Shown: positions 1 through 10,609, counted from the first letter of the stretch. The stretch is DNA of 20,000 nucleotides from Chiloscyllium plagiosum (GCF_004010195.1 NC_057751.1:7693132-7713131); one strand, 5' to 3'. A program made the numbers and translations. Notes: generated by a model not told the origin, from the letters alone.

Positions 1-50
1 CTGTCAGGCAGGGAGGAAGTTGTCGAGTGCGGGAGCCGTGGTTTACTGAG

Positions 51-283
51 GAAGTTGAATCTCTTGTCAAGAGGAAGATGATGACTTACATTAGAATGAC
101 ATGTGAAGGCTCAGTTAGGGCAATTGAGAGTTACAAGTAGCCAGGAAAGACCTAAAGAAAAAGCTAAGACAAGCGAGGAGGAGACATGAGAAGGTGTTGG
201 CAGATAGGATCAGGGTAAACCCGAAAACTTTCTACAGATATACAAGGTATAAAAGAATGACTGAAGTAAGATTAGGGCCAATC
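51..283 (+). repeat. 233-bp direct repeat, copy 1 (CR1 ORF2 sequence)
   Basis: GAAGTTGAATCTCTTG...GATTAGGGCCAATC; identical by eye to 905-1137. Confidence 0.97.
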
Positions 284-904
284 CTGCTGTGGATCTGTTT
301 GATGTGTCTTGGTGTTAAATTTTGTTTCATGAAGTTCCCTAAGTTTGTAGATCAGTGCATCCATTGAAATGCTGGTTGTTGCTTTTCAATAAGGGCAACT
401 GTCAAGCTACATCATATTAATGTACCTGGAACTTTGGGGACTCCTTGTGACTCACAACAAAGTACCTATGTGTGTGCTGAAACCTTTCTTTCAGATGGTG
501 TCTATGGTCGATGGTCCATAATAGGAGCACGGTTCCTCCGTGACTAAGTGAGTAACCACTAAACACTTGCCCAATGGGATGAAGACATGTGCTGAAGATG
601 GAGTGTTTTTGAGCACTGATTGGGATGCTACACGTGAAGTGGTTATAGAAGCACTCAAAGATGGGGTGTGAAAAGACACCAGTGAAAAACAGTTCAACAT
701 TTCACAATTTCTGCAAGTACGTTGCTATCATGATCTCCACAGACAGCGAGAACCAATGCAGGTGCAGGTGCAAAGGATAGGATACCAAAGAAAACCAAGA
801 TTATTGCCCGAATTCCAAATGTTCCAGAAGCAAGACACACCTCATTGAGACAAAAAAAATCCTCAATACACCCACTGCTCTCAGTTGAATTGATTGCTCA
901 TACA
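284..904. other. 621-bp non-LINE insert of unknown origin between the 233-bp repeats
   Basis: Breaks LINE collinearity; the LINE resumes after 1137. No TIRs, poly(A) tail or recognisable ORF. Confidence 0.85.
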
Positions 905-1137
905 GAAGTTGAATCTCTTGTCAAGAGGAAGATGATGACTTACATTAGAATGACATGTGAAGGCTCAGTTAGGGCAATTGAGAGTTACAAGTAGCCAGGA
1001 AAGACCTAAAGAAAAAGCTAAGACAAGCGAGGAGGAGACATGAGAAGGTGTTGGCAGATAGGATCAGGGTAAACCCGAAAACTTTCTACAGATATACAAG
1101 GTATAAAAGAATGACTGAAGTAAGATTAGGGCCAATC
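905..1137 (+). repeat. 233-bp direct repeat, copy 2
   Basis: Identical to 51-283; continues directly into the rest of the LINE. Confidence 0.97.
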
Positions 1138-4100
1138 ATGGACAGAGGTGGGACGTTGTGTGGAGTCTGAGGAGATAGGGGAAGCACTAAATGAATATTT
1201 TTCGACAGTATTCACACTGGTAAAAGACAATGTTGCCGAGGAACCTGAGAAACAGGTTACGAGATGAGATGGGATTGAGGTTCACAAGGAGGTGTTAGAA
1301 ATTCTGGAAAGTGTGAAAATTGATAAAACCCCTGGGTTGAATAGGATTTATCCTAGGATTCTCTGGGAAGCCAGGGAAGAGATTGTTGAACGTTTGGTTT
1401 TGATCTTTATGTCGTCATTGTCTACAGGAATGGTACCAGAAGACTGGAGGAGAGCAAATATTGTTCCCTTATTCAAGAAGGGGAATAGAGACAATCCTGG
1501 TAATTACAGACCAGTGAGTCTTACTTCGTTGTCAGTAAACTGTTGGAAAAGGTTATAATCACCTTGATAGGAATAAGTTGATTAGGGAAAGCCAACATGG
1601 TTTTGAGAGGGGTAGGTCATGCCTCACAAACCTTATTGAGTTCTTTAAGAAGGTGACGAAACAGATGGATGAGGCTAAAGCAATTGATGTGGTGTATATG
1701 GATTTTAGTAAGGTGTTTGATAAGGTACCCCACGGCAGGCTACTGCACAAAATACATAGACATGGGATTGAGGGCGATTTAGCGGTTTGGATCAGAAACT
1801 GGCTGGCTGAAAGAAGACAGAGAGGGTGATGGTTGATGGGAAATGTTCATCCTGGAGCTCAGTTACCAGTGGTGTGCCACAGTGTTTTGGGGCCACTGCT
1901 GTTTGTCATTTTTACAAATGATGTGGAAGAGGGCATAGAAGGATGGGTTAGTAAATTTACGGACAACACTAAGGTCGGTACCGTTGTAGATAGTGCCGAA
2001 GGATGTTGTAGGTTACAGAGGAACATTGCTAAACTGCAGAGCTGGGCTGAGAGGTGGCAAATCGAATTTAATGTGGGAAATTGTGAGGTGATTCACTTTG
2101 GAAGAAGTAACAGGAATGCAGAGTACTGGGCGAATGGTAAGATCCTTGGTAGTGTAGATGAGCAGGGACATCTTGGTGTCCAAGTACATAGACTGTCAAA
2201 GTTGCTACCCAGGATGATAGGGTTGTTAAGAAGGCATGTGGTGTATTAGATTTTATTGGTAGAGGGATCATGTTTCGGAACCATGAGGTGATGCTGCAGC
2301 TGAACAAAACTCTGATGCAGCCGCACTTGGAGTATTGCGTGCAGTTCTGGTCACCGCATTTTCGAAAGGATGTGAAAGCTTTGGAAAGGGTTCAGAGGAG
2401 ATTTACTCGAATGTTGCTTGGTATGGAAGGTAGGTCTTATGAGGAAAGGCTGAGGGACGTGAGGCTGTTCTCATTAGAGAGAAGAAGGTTGAGAGGTGAC
2501 TTAATTGAGACATACAAGATAATCAGAGGGTGAGATAGGGTGGACAGGGAGACCCTTTTTCCTCGGATGGTGATGGCGAGCATGACGGGGCATAGCTTTA
2601 AATTGAGGGATGATAGATATAGGACAGATGTCAGAGGAAGTTTCTTTATTCAGAGAGTATTAGACGCGTGGAATGCACTGCCTGCAATATTTGTAGATTC
2701 GCCAACGTTACTGGCATTTAAATGGTCATTGGATAGGCATATGGACGAGAATGGAATAGTTTAAGTTGGATGGGCTTCAGATTGGTTCCACAGGGCGGTG
2801 TAACATTGAGGGCTGAAGGGCCTGTACTGTGCTGTAATGTTCTCTGTTCTATGTTCAAAGAGCTGGACCACTCAAGTCAGGAATCACAAGTGGGGTGAAA
2901 TTTGCGTGAAGTTCCAAGGTATTTTCAAGTTGTTTGCAACTCAATACAATGTAAACCTGGGAACAGGATTCTTTCTTGACTCCTTCCCTATTTCCCAGCA
3001 CTTGGGAGAATAATTTATTCCCCATATTCCACCCTTGACCAAACTTGCAGATGATAGGCTTTTTAAAGATAAGAGGGCATCCTGTGTCACCAACATCCTT
3101 GATCAATTTGGCAGGGCGGGGGACTATGAGTCTTGTTTGTCCAAGTGGAGAACGTGTTACCTCAATAACTGGCATCAATCAGAAGCTAAGGCAAAAATGG
3201 TTTCCTCCCTTTTTCTCCGCCCAGCAATGTGAAGAATAATGAGATACGTCAAAGACATTTGAAAATATCTGTTTCATCCAGAGGTCCCATATTCACCAAG
3301 AATAATCAACTGGTTACAAAGACAGGTCACGCCACAAGTTCTCAGCAGCCGGGCAGTATCCCCAGACCAGTGGAAATTCTACTTCTGATCAGAGGTCAGA
3401 AAGCAAAACCATCTCATTCCGTCCCCTCTCCCTCTCCAGAGAGGGTGCCTGATCTGCTCAGTCCTGCCAACAAATTATGACTCCATCTCAGATATCCAAT
3501 ATCTGCAGTGTCACTGCATTTGCACTGACCGGCGTTTGAACAGTGCCCTTGCGTTAAAAGCAACTTAATGTCCATGTGTGAAACTTTTTACTCAGTGCCT
3601 TGAATCAAATTATTTTAATGCCCTCATTACGCACAGGGGAACCAGACTTAATTCATGTGCCTTTTACCGAGCCCGACAATCTTTCACCTCAGGAGTATTT
3701 TTCTTGATGAAATCAATAGCTTTCTGTGACAGTAAGTAGATCCAGCAAATATGTTATTAGAACCCATTTATTTTTCTGACTATAAAATGGGCCATTGCTT
3801 GTTAAACTCAACATAAAGGACCAAAAGATTTTTTCTTTTCCAATTCTATGCAGTCCAAAAGGACTGTCAGCACTGAGCAGTATGACAGTTTTCCCTCTGT
3901 GGCTCTCAGCTTCAAACACCCTTTCCTGTACCAAATAAAGTGTTCACTACATTGCCTCTGGCAAATGCTCCCAGGATAGTGATAGCACGGGGCTCAATAC
4001 AGAATAAAACTTCATCTGCACTGTCCCTCATCAAATTCTCCCGGGACATGGACCGCACAGGATTAGGTGCAGAGCAAAGCTGCCTCTGAGCTGTTCCCCA

Positions 4101-4260
4101 TCAAACACTTCCAGGATAGAGACTGCACAGCATCAGGTACAAAGTAAAGTTCCTTTTACACAATGCAAAAGTGAGGACTGCAGATGCTGGAAACCAGAGT
4201 TTAGATAAGAGTGGAGCTGGAAAAGCACAGCAGGTCAGGTAGCATCCGAGGAGCAGGAAA

Positions 4261-4294
4261 ATCAATGTTTCGGGCAAAATCCCTTCATCAGGAG
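4261..4294 (-). ncRNA. Minimal hammerhead ribozyme motif (PLE type), decayed stem III
   Basis: Minus strand CUGAUGA-A-GGG-AUUUUG-CCC-GAAA-CAUU; the ACGU palindrome has become ACAU. Confidence 0.7.
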
Positions 4295-4458
4295 TGGAGG
4301 GAAAACTTCTTCAAGGTAGGCATCCTTGCAAGAGGATTCGCAGTAAGGTTAAAATCAACTCGGCAAAAGTGAGGACTGCAGATGCTAGAAACCAGAGTCT
4401 AGATCAGAGTGGTGCTGGAAAAGCACAGCAGGTCAGGCAGCATCCAAGGAGCAGGAAA

Positions 4459-4492
4459 ATCAACTTTTCAGGCAAAAGCCCTTCATCAGGGA
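4459..4492 (-). ncRNA. Minimal hammerhead ribozyme motif (PLE type), decayed
   Basis: Minus strand CUGAUGA-A-GGGC-UUUU-GCCU-GAAA-AGUU. Confidence 0.65.
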
Positions 4493-4829
4493 GCCTCCAG
4501 GGTCCAGGGTGCAGAGATAAATTGTGGGGGGTGGGGATGTGTGCTGGGGAGAAGGTAGCAAAGAGAAGAGCTTAATCCAGACTCCTTCTACACTATGCCC
4601 ATCAAACAACCCAAAACAGGGACAGCACAGGGTTAAGATAAAGTTTCTCTGCACTGACCCCATCAAACAGTCAAGATACAGGAACGAACGAACGAATGAA
4701 GAGCATTTGGAACAGGTGACGTGGCGATGAGAACCTCATGTAACCTCATGAGGGGATCAATGCCCTCTGGGAATGAGGAAGAACCAACCTTCAAGAACAG
4801 AACAGCTATATTTCAAGCACTTACAGATG

Positions 4830-5160
4830 GTCTTCCATCTTCCAAACTCTAAATTCAGCCAAAGATCCGCAACCAAACATGCACCAAGTCCTTCCCTCCC
4901 ATCTCTGCTGTGCTCATTTGCACACCGATTGATATGAAAATTCTCATTGTTAAATCCCTACAGTGCCTTGCTCTCCCCCAGTCCCCACAACCCCAATGAG
5001 AACACAGTGCCCATCTAGTTCTGACATCTCGCTCATTCACTCACCTTTATCTCTCCACCATGAGCCAGTGACTTCAACAACTTGGCTCCATATCTCCAGT
5101 GATCCTTTATTGTGCCTCCTTTTTCTACAAGGCACTCCTTTGGGATGAGCTTTTGGTCTT
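4830..5160 (+). mobile_element. Old L2-type LINE 3' fragment
   Basis: GAAAATTCTCATTGTTAAATCCCTACAGTGCCTTGCTCTCCCC resembles the L2 C-terminal FKILILVFKSLHGLAP segment; a reverse homologue lies at 9268-9500. Boundaries approximate. Confidence 0.45.
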
Positions 5161-6381
5161 ACATGTACACTGGTGTGATGTGGCTGGGAACTGTGTTTTG
5201 TAGGACGCGTCCCCCCATGACACACCTTGCTTTGTTTCAAAAGTGGGGGAGGGGGGGGGAATTTGCAACATTTTGTTGGAATGGAATGGAGTTATCAAAG
5301 GTCAAAGGCTTGTATTTAACCACCCCTCAACTGGGTTTAAAGAAGTGGCATCAATCTCACAAACAATTGATGCCTTCAGCGCATGCTGCTTCCTGCAACT
5401 TAAAAACATTTTATACTTCTTTTCTTAGGATTCTGTTGTTCTGTAGACTTCACACAACTCTCTGCAAGACCTCTCTCAAGAGGTGGAACAGAAAATCCAT
5501 CCAGTGCCCTGAGGATGACTAAATGCAGTCACCTCAATGAGACAAAAAAAAACTTGACTCCACTCAAACTCAGCAAATTAAATTATACGAATTGTCACAG
5601 CCTGTGTGGACCACACTCTCTTAATGTTACAGAAAGGTCGGCAGTTACCACATGCCCACAGCTGTTCTCAAAAGACCTCTTGCTTGGCAACTGAGATGCT
5701 TGTTTGTTTGAGGTCTTCAGGGGACAATAAGGAGAATATTTTATCAATGACACACATGCACAGTAAAGATGGGAAGTTCCCAACGGGTTTTTGTGACTGT
5801 GACTGTTACCAGCTTTTTAAATTCCAAAAATTTAATTGCTGTTCAGACACCATGATGGTATTTAAGAACTGTGAAAACATCTTTCCCTGCTGTTTATGAA
5901 ACTGTTCAGCTCAAAAGAGTCAAAACTGGTTGGAAACAGCGTTTTTATTTTATCCCAACGGTTCTCCCGAACTTCTGAATTGCTGTGTAGGATCATTGGT
6001 CATGGAGGCAAAGCAGGAGATTTGGGAATTGCAATGTTAAGTAACTACATGTGGTCATTAACCCTGCCACTAACCAAGGGATCGGAAGTTATTCAGATCC
6101 ATCTGATGGTGATGGAGATTACAAATAGCCCTGCAAATGACTCTATGACTATGACTAATTAAAAAAATCGTATTTTTGCAACGTAGATCACAAAGAAACA
6201 AAAATACAACTGAATCCCTACTCAACTCAACAATCAACCAGATCATGTCATTCAAATGGGCCACAGGATGACTGATGTGGGAAACAGAGATGCCACGGTT
6301 AGAAATGGAGTGGGGTGGCTGTTGGAGGAGCATCTCTGTCAGCTCTGGGTTGAGATCTATTCTGAATGGCAAGTCATGGTT

Positions 6382-6740
6382 GAGGTGACAGCCCAGTGGT
6401 ATTATCGCTGGACTGTTAATCCGGAGACCCAGATAATGTTCTGGGGACCAAGGGTCAAATCCTGCCACGGCAGATGGGGGAATTTGGATTCAATTAAAAT
6501 CTGGAATTTGGAGTCTTATGATGACCATAAAATCCATTGTTGATTGTCAGTGAAAAACACCCGTCTGGTTCACTAATGCCCTTCAGGGAAGTAAACTGCT
6601 GTCCTTAACTGGGCTGGCCTATGTGTGACTCCAGACCCAATACAATGTACTTGACTTTTAATGCCCTTTGGGCAATTAGGGATTGGTAATAAATGCTGGT
6701 CTAGCTGGGGATGCCCTCATCCTGTGAATGAATAAAAAAA
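6382..6740 (+). mobile_element. Full-length tRNA-derived SINE
   Basis: 5' A-box-like CAGCCCAGTGG and B-box-like GGTCAAATCC; body CTGGTTCACTAATGCCCTTCAGGGAAG; 3' tail GGGCAATTAGGGATTGGTAATAAATGCTGG...CATCCTGTGAATGAATAAAAAAA, shared with LINE tails at 10620-10700, 13940-14010 and 17665-17720. Confidence 0.85.
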
Positions 6741-6962
6741 CAAGCTAAAGTTAGCATTCGTCTTCATCTAACCCATGTTCTGTTCCAGAAAAACAAAATG
6801 CTCAGAGCTTACTCTGCAGACAATAGAAAAAAAATTCATTGATTCAGAACAGGCAATGATATCTATTATGAAAGAACATCACATTTACCTGCTTTATCTC
6901 AGGAGCAATGTAATCTATTTGGAAAAGATGTATTGCCTCTTCAATTTATGGAAAGCAATTTC

Positions 6963-6968
6963 TTTATT
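6963..6968 (-). promoter_or_regulatory. Candidate polyadenylation signal (AATAAA) of the minus-strand pseudogene
   Basis: Minus strand ...TTC CAA TAA TAA AGA; AATAAA overlaps the stop of ORF 6967-7185. Confidence 0.3.
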
Positions 6969-7758
6969 ATTGGAACACAAATGAATTTGGCCCAGGAATG
7001 CCAGCTACATTGATGTAATTTCTCCACTGAAGTGTTTTACTCTCAAACTGTGCAGAAACCTGAAGCTTGCACTGACTGACTTCTGTTTGGTTGATTTTAG
7101 CATCGGCAAACTCCATCTCTGAAGCACCATTGCAATTTAAAACCAAAGGTGTCACATACTCCCCCCTGATCAGCAGGGTCTTCATGGTTGAGCTCCCAGA
7201 TTTGGAAGTGTCTGTCTCAGAAACATCAGCAACCTGCTGCTACAGTCGGCTCTGCGATAATTTGGTAGTTCCGTTCTCATGCATCCCATGTTAAAGAAAA
7301 TCGCGTAACAGCAGCACCATTTAAACTAATGGGATTGGAATCACCTGTAAACCAATACACGCTTTAAGACTTTGCGCTTCAGAAACAGTGTCCCCAAATC
7401 GTCAATCGTGTTATAGTGAATTTGTGTTAATAACACACGTGTTATAGCAGAACGACTTGGGTTTGCATTGCTGGTAGTATCCACAGGACGAGCACTGAAT
7501 GCTAATGTTTGAGGGACTGAATGCTTCAAGGGGTGGACACGGTATTGAACCAGCAGACAGCTTTATCCTGCATGATGTTGGGATGATCAAGTGCCACTGA
7601 AATATCGGTGGCAATGTTTGGAAGCTGTTCCGAGGCGTTCAATATGTTTGTAGAAACGCATTCCTCATGCAATGCAGAGTCAAGTTTCTGAGTCAATGCT
7701 TGATTCAGTAAAACTTTGCCTGAGAGGTCGCTCCACATTTTTTAACTCTCTGGATGCA
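6967..7758 (-). pseudogene. Pseudogene exon F (probably terminal), interrupted by a MITE
   Basis: Strong acceptor ctcactctgttctctttccctccacacatttctttgcctcag|T. The phase-2 frame reads ASRELKNVERPLRQSFTESSIDSET*LCIA*GMRFYKHIERLGTASKHCHRYFSGT*SSQHHAG*SCLLVQYRVHPLKHSVPQTLAFSARPVDTTSNAN. A stop-free ~90-codon stretch (7239-6967) lies beyond the MITE, but the register across the MITE is ambiguous. Confidence 0.6.
7243..7459. mobile_element. ~217-bp non-autonomous Tc1/mariner (pogo/Tigger-like) MITE
   Basis: Imperfect TIRs: TA|CAGTCGGCTCTGCGATAA on the left and, reverse-complemented, CAAGTCGTTCTGCTATAA on the right. Internal TATAACAC sub-repeats. The TA target site is seen on the left only. Confidence 0.7.
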
Positions 7759-8086
7759 CTGAGGCAAAGAAATGTGTGGAGGGAAAGAGAACAGAGTGAG
7801 CTTCCAAATGCTTAGCAACTGCTTCCAAACAGTGATGAGAACAAAATCAGAATTTAAACAGATTGCAATGAAACAAGCTGTTTCTCTGATAGCTTGTTGG
7901 ATCTAATAAATGAGACCACACCTCTCTGATGAGCCCCTTTTATTTTTCTGAACAAGTTTGTTTCTTTGAGTTCACTCTCACCTTCCCGACACGGGGTTAA
8001 GACCATGTCCTGGGGTACAGTTCTTTTTGTGAACTCACAAACATCCATTTGGTGCAGTGAGAGCCCCACTCCATTCCTTGAGCTCA

Positions 8087-8485
8087 TCATAAGAATGGAA
8101 GAAATTGGAGCAAGAGGAGGCCACATTCAGCCCTTCAATGTCTATCCCACCCTTCCACGGGATCATGGCTCATGTTCCTCGTCAACACTATTTTTCTACA
8201 CAATCACCATTTTTAATGTGCAGACACCTTTCCACTCAGTCTTGAACTATAAGTAAATGTGAATTGTTCTTTCTGATATTCCATTGCGTGAATGTTCTAT
8301 TGTCAGAACAATCATGAATGTGCACAACCCATAACTATTTACAATTCTCGGACAATTATTTACAATGTATTCGATACCCTCAATGCAGAGATGGAAACCG
8401 ACCCTCTGGTCCAACTCGTCCATGCCAACCAATTGTCTGTAATTAATCTAGTCCACTTTGCCAGCATTTGGCCCAAACCTATGCT
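8087..8485 (-). mobile_element. Two old CR1 3'-end fragments (~8087-8290 and ~8385-8485)
   Basis: GGAGCAAGAGGAGGCCACATTCAGCCCTTC matches 12673-12730; GGTCCAACTCGTCCATGCC...GCCAGCATTTGGCCCA matches 12489-12557. Confidence 0.7.
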
Positions 8486-8674
8486 TTCAGACACCATCTG
8501 ATATCGCACCAGTCTGGGAAACGGCAGGAGAGGTTAAAGGCATGGTGTAGAAGGAACAGACAGTTGCGAATTCCGCAAGTGAGGGCACACCCACCCAGGA
8601 CGAGGCAAACCAAATCGGGCACAGGAGAGAGCCAATGGGTGTTTCACCGGGTCCCTGGCAATTCACAACCTCAC

Positions 8675-8736
8675 CTCTCAATGTTCTTCAGATCATATCT
8701 CCAGAGGAGAGAACAAGAGTCACCGGCTGTGCACAC
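8675..8736 (-). pseudogene. Pseudogene exon E (62 nt, phase 0 to 2)
   Basis: aaaatag|GTG TGC ACA...ATT GAG AG|gtgagg. Only one frame is open: VCTAGDSCSLLWRYDLKNIE(S). AG+T joins exon F in its protein-like frame. The acceptor polypyrimidine tract is weak. Confidence 0.55.
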
Positions 8737-8971
8737 CTATTTTCATCAGAAACATCTTTAATGGTGCCAATCTTTTTACCATTACTCCAAGAGGCTGTGG
8801 ATTGGACAACAACCCAGCAACATCACAATGGTTAAAAACTCAGACACTCGAGAAAATGAGACATAATGTTTGCAATGTCTTTCATCGGCATGGAGCGATC
8901 AGGAGGTGGAAAGTCTTCGGGGTGGAATTTAAAAGCTTAGTGCTTTAGCAAGTGGAGGGAGGAAAGATGCA

Positions 8972-9266
8972 GGGTGACACTGAGGCTCAGTGGTTTGCAC
9001 TGCTGCCTCACAGTGACAGGGACCTGGGTGACTGTCTGTGCGGAGTCCACACATTCTTCATGTGTCTGCATGGGTTTCCTCCGGGTGCTCTGGTTTCCTC
9101 CCAAGGTCCAAAGACATGCAGGGTCAGTGGCTTGGCCCATGGAAAAATGAAGGGTTACGGGGATAGGTTGAAGGTCTGTCTGAGCCTGGGTGGGATGCTC
9201 TTCAGAGGGTTGGTATGGAATTGATGGGCCGAATGCACTCTTTCCTGGTTGTCAGGATTCTAAGAT
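8972..9266 (+). mobile_element. HE1-like V-SINE (tRNA-derived) with the B-box deleted
   Basis: A-box GGCTCAGTGG, GCACTGCTGCCTCACAG, V-domain GTCTGCATGGGTTTCCTCCGGGTGCTCTGGTTTCCTCCCA, CR1-like tail TGATGGGCCGAATG...GGATTCTA. The GGTTCGATTCC segment is missing at ~9028. Confidence 0.88.
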
Positions 9267-9267
9267 C

Positions 9268-9500
9268 TTGGAGGGCTGGAGGTGACAGAATTAGGGAGAT
9301 GAATGCTATAGAGGAATTTGAAAATAAGGATGAGAATTTGGAGATGGAAGCATTGCCAGACCAGAATCAGACGGTCAGCAACAATGTCTTTATGGTGGAG
9401 CACGTTTGAAGGCCCATTCCTTCTTCTAAGTCTTGTGTTTCATATTAGTCCATAATAGGACTTGGTAAGAGTCAGGATGAGTTACGCTGAGTTTTCTGTT
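9268..9500 (-). mobile_element. Old L2-type LINE fragment
   Basis: The reverse complement of GAATTTGAAAATAAGGATGAGAATTT encodes KFSSLFSNS / ILILIFKF-like L2 C-terminal sequence; related to 4930-4975. Confidence 0.5.
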
Positions 9501-9879
9501 CAAAATTACAAAAAACATCTCAGGCACACAGGACTCGAGGGATCATGTTTTACACAGGAATGCTTTGGTACAGGACGTGTACTGAGGACTTAGAATTTCA
9601 ATTCCTTGGGTTATTTTATTAAGGTAGCTCTTTTCCTCTCTCACAATTTTCTTCCCCCAAAACAGTTCCAAGCAACCCCTCTTTTTGCCTGTCAGCCTCA
9701 TCAACATAATCAGCAGCTTAATTCAAGCCGACTGGGGTCACAGAAATTGTGGCGACTTAGCAGTGTCTAATGGGTTAGCAGTGTCTAATGACAGCAGTGC
9801 AAATGCAGTACATTACAAATTAACATGCATAAACTCAATCTCAACCAGCTTTAGCATGATGGATTGCCTGGAGGGTAGG

Positions 9880-10336
9880 GATGTGTTTGGTTATAAACCT
9901 GAAAGGGTTTGTCCAACTGACGAAGTTTAAGCTCTGTTGTGTGATGACTAAAGTAAAAGACTAATGAAATCCCAAGACCAGGAATTGAAAGAGAGAGTCA
10001 ACTCAAACTACAGATGCAACTAAGGAATTCTGTCTGACATTTGAGTAACTGTAAATGGGAATAGATGGGAGATTTGTTTTGCTTGTGCTTTGAAATGTGT
10101 TTTTACATCTTTCAGATTGCACAATGTTTAAATGGCTTGACTCATTCTGTTTATTTCTTCAAGTTTCCTTTGTGTAATAAACTTCTCTTTAATTGTTAAA
10201 ACCAAAGCTGCAGCATTGCACGTTTGTTTCACAGGAAAGAACACCACGTTTCATTCGAAGAACGTATGATCCATCAAGCCAGATTTTAATCTGGGATCTG
10301 ACTTGCTCAGCAGTAACATCGGCTGGGATCATAACA
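9880..10336 (+). mobile_element. Possible solo LTR / LTR 3' part
   Basis: AATAAA at ~10176 in a T-rich U5-like stretch ending ...GGGATCATAACA, a typical LTR 3' terminus. The 5' boundary and TSD were not found. Confidence 0.35.
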
Positions 10337-10344
10337 TAATTGCT

Positions 10345-10580
10345 TTCAGCCTGGGGTCACACATCCACAATTTTGGGTAAGGATGGCAGGTTTCAATTCC
10401 AAAAGGATATGAGTAATCAATTTAAATTTCCACCATTGCCAGCATGAGGCATGATTCCAAATTGAATAAGTGATCAAATTTAACCTCCTGTTCTCACTGT
10501 GGGGTTTGAACTCTTGTCTCCAGATCTCCACTGCAGGTCTCTTCCCATATAATCTAGCCCCATAATCATTGTGTCACCAT
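10345..10580 (-). mobile_element. Old copy of the tRNA-SINE seen at 6382-6740
   Basis: GGGGTCACAC...GGTAAGGATGGCAG...GGGTTTGAACTC...GTGTCACCA is a decayed reverse complement of that SINE. Confidence 0.6.
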
Positions 10581-10609
10581 AACTTCCACCTAACATCGCT
10601 TGCTAAAGT

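Larger units (their letters stand above)
1..2856 (+). mobile_element. Decayed CR1-clade LINE (HER1-like), 3' part of ORF2 (reverse transcriptase) plus 3' UTR; interrupted at 284-904
   Basis: Successive frameshifted ORFs 1292-2764 carry CR1 ORF2 motifs: PEDWRRANIVPLFKKGNRDNPGNYRPVSLTS, QHGFERGRSCLTNL, DVVYMDFSKVFDKVPH, SVLGPLLFVIFTND, SKFTDNTK (decayed FADD), HLEYCVQFWSP, LERVQRRFTRM, LFSLERRRLRGDLIETYKI. Ends in a short (TGTTCTA)-like tail at ~2838-2856. Many stops and frameshifts. Confidence 0.95.
4165..4570 (-). mobile_element. Penelope-like element remnant: two tandem 128-bp pseudo-LTR copies (4165-4292, 4363-4490), a 70-bp spacer and a truncated G-rich segment
   Basis: The two copies align with a period of 198 bp and each holds a CTGATGA...GAAA hammerhead core on the minus strand. 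Homologous to 15930-16280 in the opposite orientation. Confidence 0.75.
3935..4682 (+). repeat. Degenerate ~68-bp minisatellite array 1 (unit approx. GGGTTAGATACAGAGTAAAGCTCCCTCTACACTGTCCCCATCAAACACTCCCAGGACAGGGACAGCAC), split by a PLE insertion at ~4162-4582
   Basis: About 3 units at 3935-4161 and ~1.5 units at 4583-4682 share CTACACTGTCCC-CATCAAACA-CCAGGA-ACAGCAC blocks; the same unit recurs at 15826-16685. Confidence 0.85.

Noticed and set aside
1292..2764. RT-like ORFs as a functional gene or a retron/DGR-type system
   Set aside because: They are frameshifted pieces of one CR1 ORF2 with a broken catalytic motif (FTDN), in a eukaryotic repeat context.
3935..4682. ~68-bp repeats as a CRISPR array
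   Set aside because: Units are degenerate head-to-tail copies with no unique spacers, and there are no cas genes.
5174..5599. Possible solo LTR (TGTGA...TCACA)
   Set aside because: No matching target-site duplication and no second copy; the termini could be chance.
6382..6470. tRNA gene
   Set aside because: This is the tRNA-derived head of a SINE; there is no complete cloverleaf and it runs into a SINE body and tail.
8675..8736. Alternative phase-1 reading of exon E (RVHSR*LLFSPLEI*SEEH*E) avoiding a frameshift in exon D
   Set aside because: It gives three stops in 20 codons and leads into a random-looking exon F frame, whereas the phase-0 frame is open.
8468..8761. Plus-strand ORF with apparent splice sites at 8487 and 8579
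   Set aside because: The acceptor is made by a CR1 junction, the peptide is uninformative, and no compatible plus-strand exons were found.
9757..9790. 16-bp direct repeat TTAGCAGTGTCTAATG x2
   Set aside because: A simple local slippage duplication with no further structure.
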